From Trichosphaerium sp. ATCC 40318 (Eukaryota; Protista; Tubulinea): 64,000 nt of DNA. The stretch spans positions 930,001-994,000 of the forward strand of contig JALMLS010000577.1 in NCBI GenBank assembly GCA_038496445.1, read 5' to 3'. A program made the position numbers and the translations under genes. The notes under the pieces are model-generated. The model saw only the letters and a list, made by a program, of their open reading frames with translations. It was not told the DNA's origin and did not search any database. Below are positions 14,501-26,656 of the stretch, piece by piece; positions within the stretch are counted from its first letter, which is position 1, and the number at the start of each line of letters is the position of its first letter.

Positions 14501-16607
14501 CAAACTTGTTGCTTCTTTTAAATGAAAAACTCACGTGCAAATCACGTGTTTGTTAGAACATTAAAGTAATGTTGTCATTTAGGGTAAAGATGAACTTTTT
14601 GGTCGTGTGGTTGTTCCTCTACAGGATTTTGTTCAAACTGGAAATGGAGATAAATGGTACCCTCATTATTTTTTTTTGTAATTTTTATTCCTTAGCTTTT
14701 TAAAACAGGTACGACATTACATTGCTTAAGAAGAAATCATCAAAGAAATCCCCAAAGCTTCATATTGTCTTTGATTACAATAAAATCGACAAAAAGAAGG
14801 TACACAGCTTGACAACTGATTTTGTGAACATACCTCTAACTGTTTGAAAAAACCAGGGCGCTGCTGCTGTTAGTCACCTCCATGACTTGCTGGAACAAAG
14901 TTCCACTGTCCGTAACTTCTATAGAGATACCTTGAAGGATCTACGAGAAGACATGACAAAGGTTTCCAAGACACTATCAGACTCTATCGGCGAAAGCTTG
15001 CCAATCGGTAAACTTTTCTCGAAGAAAATATCACTAAGTGTTGTTAGGTTCATTGTGCGTTAAGGTGCTCGATAAGGTTAACATACCGCCGTCCATAAGT
15101 GCATTTGTTGTCATTTCATTCGGACCTCAGAGATACAGGTGCCCAGAACATAACATGGCTGTATGGAACTACACAATGAAAAAATCAGACGTTGGTGAAA
15201 CACTTCTTATTGAAGTATTTGATGAATCAGCTGAGCATGTTACATTGATTGGTAAAACAACATTTGCAGCATCTTCTCTTGTGAAGGGTCAAGGTACTGG
15301 TAAGAAATGGTGGACGATTAAAGAATTAAACAGCAACGACGTCATGGTACTCGAAAAGAAAAAAGTTACTCATCGAAAATTAACAAAAGCTCTTAGATTC
15401 AAGTTGATATTTCATTCGATACTTACACAAAACAAAAAACTCTTCCTGCTGTCCCTGCCGAGGTACTGACTAAGTTTCTGAGAAGATCATTACTTAAACT
15501 TATGTAATAGGATGAAAGTTCTAAGTCTAAAAAGAAGAAGAGTGACGAACCAGAGGAAATTGATATCATCCCTGAAGACGAACCTGAAACAATTCTACCT
15601 CCTGATGCAACGAGCATTCTTTATCTAACTAAATGTGCTAAAGATGACTTACACGAGGCTGTGGAGGGATCAACAATAGTAAAGAACATGCTAGAGCATC
15701 AACTCAAATCACAAAAAGAATCTTTTGATTCTGAAAGAAAAGCAATGGAATCCACTCTTACAGCTGCTATTGAGAACTCCAAGAGTATCATAAGCCGTGC
15801 AAAGGGATTGGTAAGTTTTTTTTTTGTTACTTACAAAGAAACACGTGATTTTTTTAATTTCTCACGTGATTTTCTTTTCTTTAGCAAAAAGAGGTTAGTG
15901 TTATGGCTAGTCAAGCACCTTGTTCTTTGACTGTTGCTGTTGTTGGCGCCAGAGATTTAAAAACGGACTTTTTTGGTACGCAGTTTTTTTGCTATTTGCG
16001 AAGGATTTTTAGCTAACTGTACCTGACCGTTTATTTTTTCTCGTAGGTTCTGTTGATCCTTTCGTTCGTCTTACCCTCAACAATTCAAAATTCGAAACAA
16101 AGATGGTCAATGCAACGAAGAATCCTACCTGGAAGGAAGAGTTCAATTTTGTTGTTCCAAATCTTCACGCTGCAACTTCAACGCAATCACTTCATGTTGC
16201 CGCATGGGATCATAATATGCTACGCTCAGATGATTTTATTGGATCAACAAGCGTTATGCTTACCAAAGAGTACGTAGAAAACATCAAACCATGACGTATT
16301 TCCTTTGTTTCCTTCACAAAATTGTATTAATTTCGGCTTCTAACTTTCTATCTTTAAAGGTACCTCAACGGAGAGATGCATGAGTTTGAGGTGCGTAAAT
16401 GAAATGAGTTATTTGTAAGATTAAGCAGATGTCAGCTTACCCTTTGCTTTTTAGGTGGAGCTTTCCGGAAGAGATGGAGATGTTATGGATAAGAAAACCG
16501 GAAAGAAAGTTATACTCGGTTTTGTATTACTTAGAATGCGTTTTACCGACTCTGGTATGAAATACGCTTCTAAGCTTATGGGGAAACTTGTACAATCAAA
16601 AGTATAA
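8526..16607 (+). CDS. Giant multi-C2-domain protein (paralog B), about 8 C2 domains with helical spacers and an acidic linker; multi-exon
   Basis: Starts MAEQGGLLKVVILEAKNLAAKDKGGTSDPFVQL. It has repeated D..GKSDPY/V...P.W.e.F...v.D.D..G.dd..G C2 signatures and a D/E-rich linker at 13150-13890. The last exon ends ...GKLVQSKV*. No transmembrane segment was seen. Confidence 0.9.
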
Positions 16608-16789
16608 AAAAAAATAAAATCAACCAGAAATAATAATCCTTTTACAGCAGAGTAACAAGTAAAGTTGTCACCCTTAACTCACTATTATTATCTAGGCGTT
16701 TTACATAGGTTAACTTTTACAAGGAGGAATTTCTTTTACATACAAGTTACTATCTTTTTGTGTTTAGGTATTGTTCCGAAAACATTAGG

Positions 16790-18560
16790 CATATAACTGT
16801 GCTGGTCTATCGGTTCATCTACTTCGGTATATGTTGATTGTTCTGATCTTCTTTGACTTCCTTAGTTGGAGGTAACTTGTTTGGATTTTTCAGCACAATA
16901 CGCAATTGTGATAAAAATGCTTCATGGCTTTAGGCGATTATTTGAACATGATTAGCGGTTTATAAAAATGTGGGTTCTGTTCTTGTTAAGTTATATTTTA
17001 ACTTCTTGTCCAAGCTGTTGTAAGTGCTCTAGTAGTCAAAACAAGACTATCTTATTTTATTCTTTTTCGTGGAAATTTCGTTTGTTTTTTAGCCACAATA
17101 AATCACTATGTTCTTCCCTTTGATACAATTAGGTCATTCTCCTTGTTTGTTACTGAGATGCAAAGTAGATGTGCTCCAATACTTCCCAACATGGCAAAGT
17201 CGGTTTTATATACTTCGTAGACTACAAAATTCGTACCGAATTGCGTTAATACTTCGGATCAAAGCATTCAATTGTATCATATGCTGGGAAAAAATACTTC
17301 GTTGCTTGTCAACGAAGAGGCAGAGCTTCTTCTTCGTAATATCGGTGCTCTATCTGATGCAAAAACGCATTAGAAAGAGCCTACTATACTATGGGGCACG
17401 CTACGCTATCACCTCTTTTTGCAGAACATGGAAGAGGTGGAATTGTATTTAATAATACCAGCGCTATTGCAACTGTTCACGTTACACATTTGGTATGAAA
17501 TACAACTGCTTGCGGTTCTATAATAAGAAGCTGTTACAATTAGAACTAGATGGCCTATTTAGATTGTTTCCTGTACCTTATTGCGTGAACCATTAAGAAG
17601 CGGGTGTTACTGTGTATAGTATTGTTTGATATGGAGCTGGTTCTAATAATGCTACTTGGTATACTTAGGTTACCTCCGATTGTCAAGTACACAAACAAGG
17701 GTAGCATGACAAATAACAGTATTTATTGTTGAATTCGTTCACAGTGCGTTCATATGTTTTACAGTTATAAGTATGAGAGCTTCAATAGATACAAACCAAG
17801 CAGAAATAGTGGGCTCAACAAAACCCAAACTTGCACATAACCATTTCGCTACATTTCCGCTTGGTTTGTATCTATTGTACTTACATCTAATCCTTCCAAT
17901 TTTCGGTGTGTTTTATACTAGTAGCTTTGGTGAAGTTCTTACGATTGCGAGAAATCAAATCATTCATCGAGAGTCTAAAGGCAGTGAGTGAGGATGCGCA
18001 GAGTAAAGAAAACTAAGAAAAAGCAGAAATTACAAAGACAAAGTTTAGATGCTCATTGCTCAGTAGTAACAAAGACCAGAGTTAGATCAATGCCAAAAGT
18101 ACCTTAAAAGAGCGAACGAAAGGCATTTATGGGTGTCGGTGTATAAAATAAGAACAAGCTGTTTTGATGTTGAACATGCTTTTTCTATGAGTTTTTCAAA
18201 ACTATTGAACAACTTTTCATGCCATTTGTCCAACTTTTGTTTCATTCAGTGTTCTTCGTTTTGTTTCTTAGCCCTATATCAAGTCAATTACATACTTTGT
18301 TTTCGACCAACAACCCAACAACGAACCTTGAACTTTCTTCTTTTTTAGGACAAGCCAAAAAGCTCAATTGGAACAAAGCAGTAGATTCGCCTTCAAGTTC
18401 TTTGTACAAGCGTGCCCAGACATCATCTGTTTTCCCAACAAACCTCACCTCAACCTCCTGACTACTCCGTGTATACAATCATCTGGTTACTGTCTTTGAC
18501 AATACCCACGGATTCACTCTCGACTCACGTTCCTTCTCGTATTTTCACTAATGAAAACGA
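16790..18560 (-). pseudogene. Probable decayed gene relic of unknown family
   Basis: Protein-like fragments interrupted by stops (NPWVLSKTVTR*LYTRSSQEVEVRFVGKTDDVWARLYKELEG; HEAFLSQLRIVLKNPNKLPPTKEVKEDQNNQHIPK*). The 3' part has a degenerate second copy at about 44220-44400. Confidence 0.35.
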
Positions 18561-19006
18561 CAAGAAATTTCTTTTTTGTTCTAATTTGGAACATTGTGAA
18601 CCGAAACGTTTGAGGTTATCTAGTCTATCTAGTTACGCACAATAGAAGGTTTTCAGAGATTTTATTATCAAAATTACGAAGAAATTGCGTTTTCTTCGAG
18701 ATGGTTCGTGATAATGCGTCAATAACTTGCAAATACGTTAAAAGGCAGTTTCAAAGGTGTTTTGGGCTCCTGAGCTCGAAACGATGACTTTTCGCTAGTA
18801 GAAACCCGAATAGTGTTGTACACGATAGAAAAGTACTAACAAGTAGTAGAAGTGTAGTTCTAGCCGTATCAACCAAAGCGGGCGAACGGAAATCAAAATA
18901 GGAAAAAACTCGGGAAGTTTCGTTCAAAAAACGGAAGTTTCGAGAGCTTTTTAGAACAATTCACTAAAACACTTTCTATCTATTTTCATAATCCGAACAA
19001 CAACAG

Positions 19007-19751
19007 ATGCACCTTCTCTCCATTGTCACTTGTTTACTTGCTATCGTTTGTATTGCACAAACAGCCGAAACTGTCGACGGGAAAAGAGCAGTTGAGCATG
19101 GACAACGTTTATCTACAAAAACATTCACATGTGATGCTTCTCTTAGTACCTTGAATAAAATCGGAAGCAGGTGGAAGCTTGGCAGCTACAAAGTAGTAAG
19201 GAACGTATACAAAGCGAAATGGACTTATCAAAAAACATATGGATCGAACACAAAGGTTACTAAGATAAATGTTCTTAGCAATAAGTTCCCTCAATCTGTA
19301 CGTCTTGCTACGGAACAAAGTTTTTAAGTTCACGCAACGCAGCAATTCTACCACAACTTCTTTCACAGAGAGGCTCTTTGTATTGCGAATCCTGTGTTGC
19401 AAAACTCCAATTTCTATTGCAACCAACCTTGTACTTACTGTAGTTTGTTTTTAGATGCAAGCGTATCACTCAAGTAGAACCAAACCAAGGAATTTTCTTC
19501 AATACAGAAACAACCAAGGAGACCTCAAAAGCTCTAGAATGCTAAATTTTATTCTGAATGGAGTCTTTGATGTTACAACTGATTACGATGACTACAATGT
19601 TGTTCGCACATGGAGAAAAAATCATGTTAAGAAAAACAAGTTCACTATTGACTTGAGCACCTACGGTTGTACTACATTCTATCCTCAAGGATTCACTCTG
19701 AATGTGAAGGCTTATAGAATATGTACACGCTGCAAAGCGAAAAGAAACTAG
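19007..19751 (+). CDS. Small secreted basic protein (~195 aa), one intron 19298-19454
   Basis: Signal peptide MHLLSIVTCLLAIVCIAQTA. A GTACGT...TTTTAG intron joins ORFs 19007 and 19455 in frame. K/R/Y-rich with several Cys. Confidence 0.75.
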
Positions 19752-19977
19752 AGCTATACGTTATAGTAGAATACGTTTCATAGCAAAGCTAGAAACCAAT
19801 AAATTTTCTTCGGTATCTCTCCTTAAAAGTACTTGTTGCCTGTTGGTCTGGAAAAGCTACTTGAGTTTGTGAGCACTGTTACTGTGGACTATGCCATACA
19901 AACTTTGGTTAGATCAAAGCTCTTTATTCATCTAGGACTACAATACTGCTTAATTTGCTACTAATCAATAGTTGAAA

Positions 19978-22900
19978 CTAATTTTTTTTAAACTCCTCGA
20001 GAAGTTCTTCCGCTTTGGCGAGCTTTTGTTTCAAATCGTTCATTTCTACTACCGATACCTTGTCGTTAGTCCCACCCGAGTTTCCAGATGAATGCTTTCG
20101 AGAATTAGAACTATACTTGGCACCTCTAAAACAAATTTTGGTTAGTCTATTGTAGTTGAATACTAATCTTATTTAACTTACTTTTCTGAGAGTTCTATAT
20201 CTGTATGTGAAAAGATCATCCATAGTTTTGGTATAAATATCACCATCAGAGTCACTAATGCGATGCACAAGTAAGTACAAGAAAATGACTTTCATGTACT
20301 GGTACAAAAAACAATTTTTTTCGAAACACCAAGGCAAGTAGCAAAGTGCTGGTGTTTTGAAATGAAACAATAAATTAAAAAAAGGTTGTCTATTATGTAC
20401 CTGTTGCACCAAACCAAATGCCAAGAGCTCCAACTATGGTCAACGTTTTATGAGAAGATCCAGTTGAGTCTATGGAGTATCCAAAAGCAAGAAGAAGAGT
20501 TGCCCATATCAGATTATTGTAAATAGCAGCTCCCATCCATCTTGATTCATTGTACAACGATGGTACTTTACGAACTGCAAATGCAAAATATGCACCAACA
20601 AGTAAAACAGCTCCCTTTGAAATAAATTAAACTTGAAACCTTTTGTAAACAGCTATTGCTTCGTACCTCGTATACAATGGTGAGGATCAAAAATACGCTT
20701 CCGTGTCTACTCTTGCATCGAGCAATCTTAAAGTCATCATTTTGAGGATCCACAATATATCCTACTCTGTTGGGAGATGTTGCAGACCATAAGATTAGTA
20801 TGGCCTCATTTAGGTTAATTCAAATAACACGTGCACAATTGTTCAAAAAAAAACCAGAAAAAAGAAGGATACAAGTTGGATTATTATCGCAACTCCAGTT
20901 AGTTGTATCAAGTCTCTTAATGAGATTGTGGTTATTACAACATTAGAAGTACTAAAGATTTGACGAATACGGTACGTCTTGGATATCATAGGCCTAGACA
21001 ACTGGTTAAATTGTTGAAAGCTGGTGTTGTTTGAACTTACGCCATAGCGAGAATAAGTCCGAGAAGTGGAAGCCAAATACGAAGTTCACATGATAGAGAA
21101 GAAAGAGGTGCGATCCTAACAATGTTGTTATTTATGATGCCACGTGCTTATTTTGGTCGTTTTTATTTCTTACCATGCCAACGCCCCACTGTATGATAGC
21201 GCTATACCAAGTAGAATCAATAGTAGGAATTCTCTTGTAGCCGCTCTAATCACTGCTGATGACCTTGAATATTTGCATTTAGCTACAAAGATAAAGGCTA
21301 ATATAGTACACACCAGTAGTATATGACGATGACTTCAATAACAAAAGTACAAACGATGCCAAGGCTAACAAGCACCAAAGTTATGATTGTTGTAATGTCT
21401 GACCAGTCACTCCATGCTCGGATATCACGTTGCTTTTCTGAAACGATGACATAAAGATGTCCATCGTTGTAGGACGGTCTTGCAAAGAAGGGAGCGTCAA
21501 TATGAGAGAATGTACCATTGGGTGTTGTGTTATTGTTCCAAGACATTAACTTGAATCTATCACCAATATTGTATCTTATACCATCAAGGGCATCAAGTTG
21601 AAGAGTACCAGCTATGTTGAATGAGTACGGACGAACACATTGATATCAGTACCAAACTCAGGGATTATTTGAGGTCCGAATGTGATGAAAGAGTCAAATG
21701 ACATTTTTACAATACTCTCATCAGTGAGTATCATGTTGGTATCAATCAATACGTCACCCTATTTTATTGTTAAAATATATTGCTTTGAAATATATTGTTA
21801 GCGTACCTCAACCACAAACGTTGCATTTTGCATTAGAATTGAGGAATTATTACCTCTCACTTTAACTTGATCTCCAACAGTAAACGTTGATCCATCACTG
21901 TTGACGATCCTTGAATTCACAGGTTGAAATTCAACCACGAAACCTCTATTTATTGATAGTTGCCCTAATAAGGTCAATATAACACTCGTAGACTCTAGTA
22001 CGCAGTACGCTTACCATAGTTTCGAATTACAAGATCAAGTACTTTCAGTTCACCAAGAACTAATGTGGCAACAGCTGAGTCTAAGATGACCAATTGAGGC
22101 GAGGAACGCAACATACTATCATTCGTCAACACACCCTAAATAAGTATAAGTCAAAATCTGAGGATATCATGTTGTCTTCGTACACTTATGACTCCTCCTG
22201 ATGAATACTTAAATGCATCTCTAACAATAACACTCCCTTCTTCCTGAATTCTTACATTTGTGTTGGATACTGTTATGTCATTAATCTCAACAATATCAGT
22301 AACATCCCAATCAGTAAATACAATGATTTTATCAAAAACGTTTCCTAAATACAATCTTAGACAAGGGTCAACAGAAATCTGAGTACCTATAGTTTCTGGC
22401 ATGAATCCATGAAGATCAGCAGGATCAGAATTAGAGAAAGTACTGTTTGTAACAATAGGTCTACCGGAATCGGCCAACACAGCTACAAGAGGTAAGTACA
22501 ATGTTTGTTGATATAAAAATCACATGATTTAAAACAGTCGTTACAGCTAATCGTTCACATACCATAATTGCTGTTAATATCGAATTTACAACTATCAAAA
22601 ACTGAATTACTTCCAGCATTAACAGCACCTCCCAATAAAGCGTGATTATTGACAAAAGAACAGTTGGTGTACGAAGTTCCAGAAGTATATGCAGCACCTC
22701 CTTTCTCGGCTGCTGTGTTTTCAAGAAACAAACAATCTTCAACAAAATATGATCCAAAAGAGTCACCAGAAATAGCACCTCCGTTACGTGTTGCTGTATT
22801 TCGAATAAATCTCGTATTCTTTACTCGATGCGTTACAGCGAACGCAAATGAAAAAAAAATAGCGCCACCAGAGTTTCTGGCTGAGTTCTCTTCAAAAAGA

Positions 22901-24500
22901 CAATCTTCTATTGTTACTATACGTGGAGGTGTTGAAAATCTTCCAATCTGAATTAGTTTACTGAGCTCAAGAGCTCCATTGCCACCAGTGTTTTTTCTAG
23001 AATATTTAGTTGACTACACGTCATGTCATATTGAACATACCTGAAAGTAGTATTCGTAATGGTGGTATTGGTTATTCCACTAATTACAACTGCTAAAACT
23101 CCGTTGTTAGCAAAAAAAAACTAATCAGGCAGAACTCACAACTTTCTGTAGCATTATTATATTCAAACAAGCAGCCTTCTATGTTCACAACTGCTCCTAT
23201 TGGTAGATCTTGAAATAATGCTAATAAAGAGTAAGCGTAGATTTGTCATGTACAGTGTACCCAAAGCAGATCCATGTTCAGCGTTCGAATATTGAAAAGT
23301 ACATCCATAAAACTGAGCTTTGATAAGATCAAAACCCCTTACAACACCTTGGGATGTCAACACGATGAACGACTTAAGAACAAAATGTACCTGTACCGCC
23401 CACTGAATTATTTCTAAATACACAGTCTATCATTGTCGACACAGATTTGTACATAGTAACAATACTGTATCCTCTTTCCTCTCCATAGAACCGATAATTA
23501 ACAAGATCAGGGAAAAAGTAAGTCATCGTGTTGCGTTCAAAAATGACCCTAAACCAACTATTCAGCACAAAAACGCGAAAATAGATCTACCTTGTAAGAA
23601 CTACACTTGAATTCCGAACATGTAAAACGCCTGTATCATTCGCATTTACTTCCTGACAACCATTTTCAATAAACTGTGTGTCTCTACAAGAAATTCCTGA
23701 GTTGAAATAGAAACACCTGCAAAATAGTTTTGTGCTTTACGTACGTTATTTCAATATGACATCCATTCGCTGCATATAAAACAGAAGCAGCTGTATTCTT
23801 TATCAAAGTTAATTAACGTTTCATGACGTTTGCTCTGGCGGAAAAAAGGCGTACATTAAAACTATCTCCCTCCTATGTGATTGATTAATACACGAATAGT
23901 GGAAAAAAACAAGCTGTGTTGAGTCACTTACGCCATTTTGAACTACTATACCACACTCTGCATGCATAAACGTGACGAAAGATATTGATAGAATCGGAAC
24001 ACGACTTTCGTTGTATTGCCTACCACACGTGGGTATCGTTAAGAATGAGTTCACCATCTCTCCATCCCATACACTGTTCCCAAGAGATGACCCTTTTAAA
24101 AATAGTTCAGTCGGAGTTTTCAATAGAGCTGCACGCTACCTTCAATCTTTATATCATTAAGCAACTCCGGCTGGGACCATATTAGATTGGAGTTATTTGT
24201 TCCTGAAAAACACGTGTAAACAAATGTAAGTACTTCATACGTTTGTACCTTTATAGACGCCACTAGCCAGTTTAATAACATCTCCAGAAGAACTCGAATT
24301 AAACAATGTATATTTTATAGAGCGGCAAGGCTCCTGTTCATTAGTACAGTCTCCAAAATCACGTCCTATGTATCCAATACAATTAGTAACTGACATAACA
24401 TTTGTAAATTTTCAATACCATTTGGGCTTATGTACCGTTTGGTACATATACACGATGCCAGTAATGATACAAATACCAGTTTAATTGGGTACCTTCGCAT
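19978..24500 (-). CDS. Receptor copy 1: signal peptide + Pmp/pectin-lyase-like beta-helix ectodomain + class C (7tm_3) GPCR domain; multi-exon
   Basis: RYISPNG..DC...PCRSI start; FxxN/GGAI repeats (FEENSARNSGGAI, FIRNTATRNGGAI, FLENTAAEKGGAA); 7tm_3 motifs VIRAA, C.LRIWLP, SKTYRIRQIF, RKVPSLYNESRWMGAAIYN, IFIPKLW. Confidence 0.85.
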
Positions 24501-26656
24501 TAGTGGCTATGGATAGAAAGCAAAACAAATAGAACTGAGTTTTCAATTCTATTTTAGGCAGCGTAGTCTTTGTGATTTTCAATATCTAGCCAACAAAACG
24601 CCCACTGAACCTAGAAAACAAGATTAAGGTCATAGTAAAAGGGGAGCTCTCCTAAGTCAAACCGGACTTATGGCAAAAATGAGTCACAAGATTCACAAAG
24701 CAGTGAGTTTGGGATTTTCGTGTTTGTAACAAAAAAAAAAGTACTTTTGATTTCCTGGCGTATCTGGAAAATGCTGGAACGAAAACGATGTATCATACGC
24801 CTATCGGTATATGAGCCTTTCAATATATACAACTTAGCGCTTGGTACCTGTTGGTGAAACTGAGATTGAAAAAAGCAAGGCCAAACTAAACAACAACACA
24901 CTCTTTTTGCAATTTGAATTACCTAACAGCTAGAGCCAGATTACGTAAGCATTCCACACACGCTCATCGGCTTTAAAAGATGCTGTTAAACAAGGTAGTG
25001 GAGTGTGAGAGCATAAAATTACGTTGTAAGCACGGAAAAAAGTACTTACTTAAAAGCAAAAACTTTTTGCCTTAAAAGGAAAGTAGCAACATAAACTCCT
25101 TGAACACGGTTTCATGATGTCTGCACATTACACAGCCTTTTAATTGTTCCAAATATGTAGGAACTGAAGTTATAAGTGTTTTACAGCGTTTAGTGGCTAA
25201 AAAGTTAATTGCTCTTTAAAATCAAAGAACAATACTTACAAGCTTTATTTGTACGTAAAATATTCGTTTCCAAGCATAAAACGCTGTTTAAAACAAAAAG
25301 GCAAGAAAAAGGTATAATGCCAGGCAATGCCATCGATATTCTCTAAACTATATAAACAGATCATATAATTCTGTTTCTACATAGTCACAGTTTGGACCGT
25401 TTTGGCCCTAGCCTTTAATATTGGTTTTACGAAAAATTCCAGCTGTAGAAAACTGGGCCATTTTTAAAAACACACAAACGTGCCAGCTAAAATACATCAC
25501 TTGCAACGCATGTAAGTATATCAGTGGCAATAACTGAGATGTAAAATTGATTGTTTGATAACTTTGGGAAAAAAAAAATGTAAGTGAGTACTTTTGGTGC
25601 AAACGCTATTGGCATGTGTATTTTTACAATTGATCATAGTGGCACCACTATGCCATATACTCATTTTCTAATGAAGAAAAGTGTAGAACATAACATATAA
25701 CATCAGTGTAAAATAGTAAACCTTTTGTTTCATCAAGTATCATTCAACAAACTCCCACATTTGACGCACTTTATTGTGCATTTACTTTTCAATAACATGC
25801 TTTGAGGCTATTAAATACGACCATTGACACCTACTCAAAGTGATGAAAACATAATTGATAATGTGTGCAATAAGTATAACTTAGCTAAACAATGCTTAAA
25901 AAGTCACAAAATTAAACTATTTTTTAGAGTCATTATAGGCTACATCACTGTTGGTGAATGTTTCATACTCTCTATATATTATTCCCAGTATGTATGGCTA
26001 CTATTTACTCAAGCGTCAATCATAAAAAACTATTTTCAACATCAAAATAATTTTGTTTTAAAAGTGGAGTGCTTACATAATCTGGCTCTAGTAATCCAAC
26101 ATTGCACGCAAGCACCAAAAGACGGAGGCACCAGGTGCTACAGGTTCGAATACAATGTGATCTTACTCAAAACATTCTTTGTTGAGGCTACAATTCTAAA
26201 GAAAGTACATTCAAAACGTCACAAGTAAGTCTGGATAATGACTTGGGCGCCTCTACAGGATAAGGGAGTTCTTGTGAAGTTGAACTAAAGCAATCCACAC
26301 TTAATGCACTCGGACACTTAATACAACAACTATCTCTTTACTACATCGCCCTCTTCCACGGTAGATTGCAACGTATTTGTTGGAGGCTAGTACAACAGAA
26401 CAGTTTTGCTACTGGTATCATAAACGCACAAGAGTGACTACTGCGTGTTGAATAAGCATCTACACTCATGCCATTTTCCAATATTTAGTACAAACGCTGC
26501 TTCAAACAACGTGTCAGCCTTTCAATTGTAATCGACTGAAATTTCTGCGAATTTTAGTCAAACGCCAATAACAAACTGATTACTGTATACATAAAATCTA
26601 GCTAGAGCAAAGCTCTTTATTCATCTAGGACTACAATATTGTTTAATTGGTACTAA

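Noticed and set aside
21770-21810. Apparent premature stop in receptor copy 1 (and at about 33710 in copy 3)
   Set aside because: The stops lie inside short GT-AG introns, and the spliced frame is intact.
25824-26228. 134-aa ORF in the spacer
   Set aside because: TTG start, no motif and no supporting splice structure; not called as a gene.
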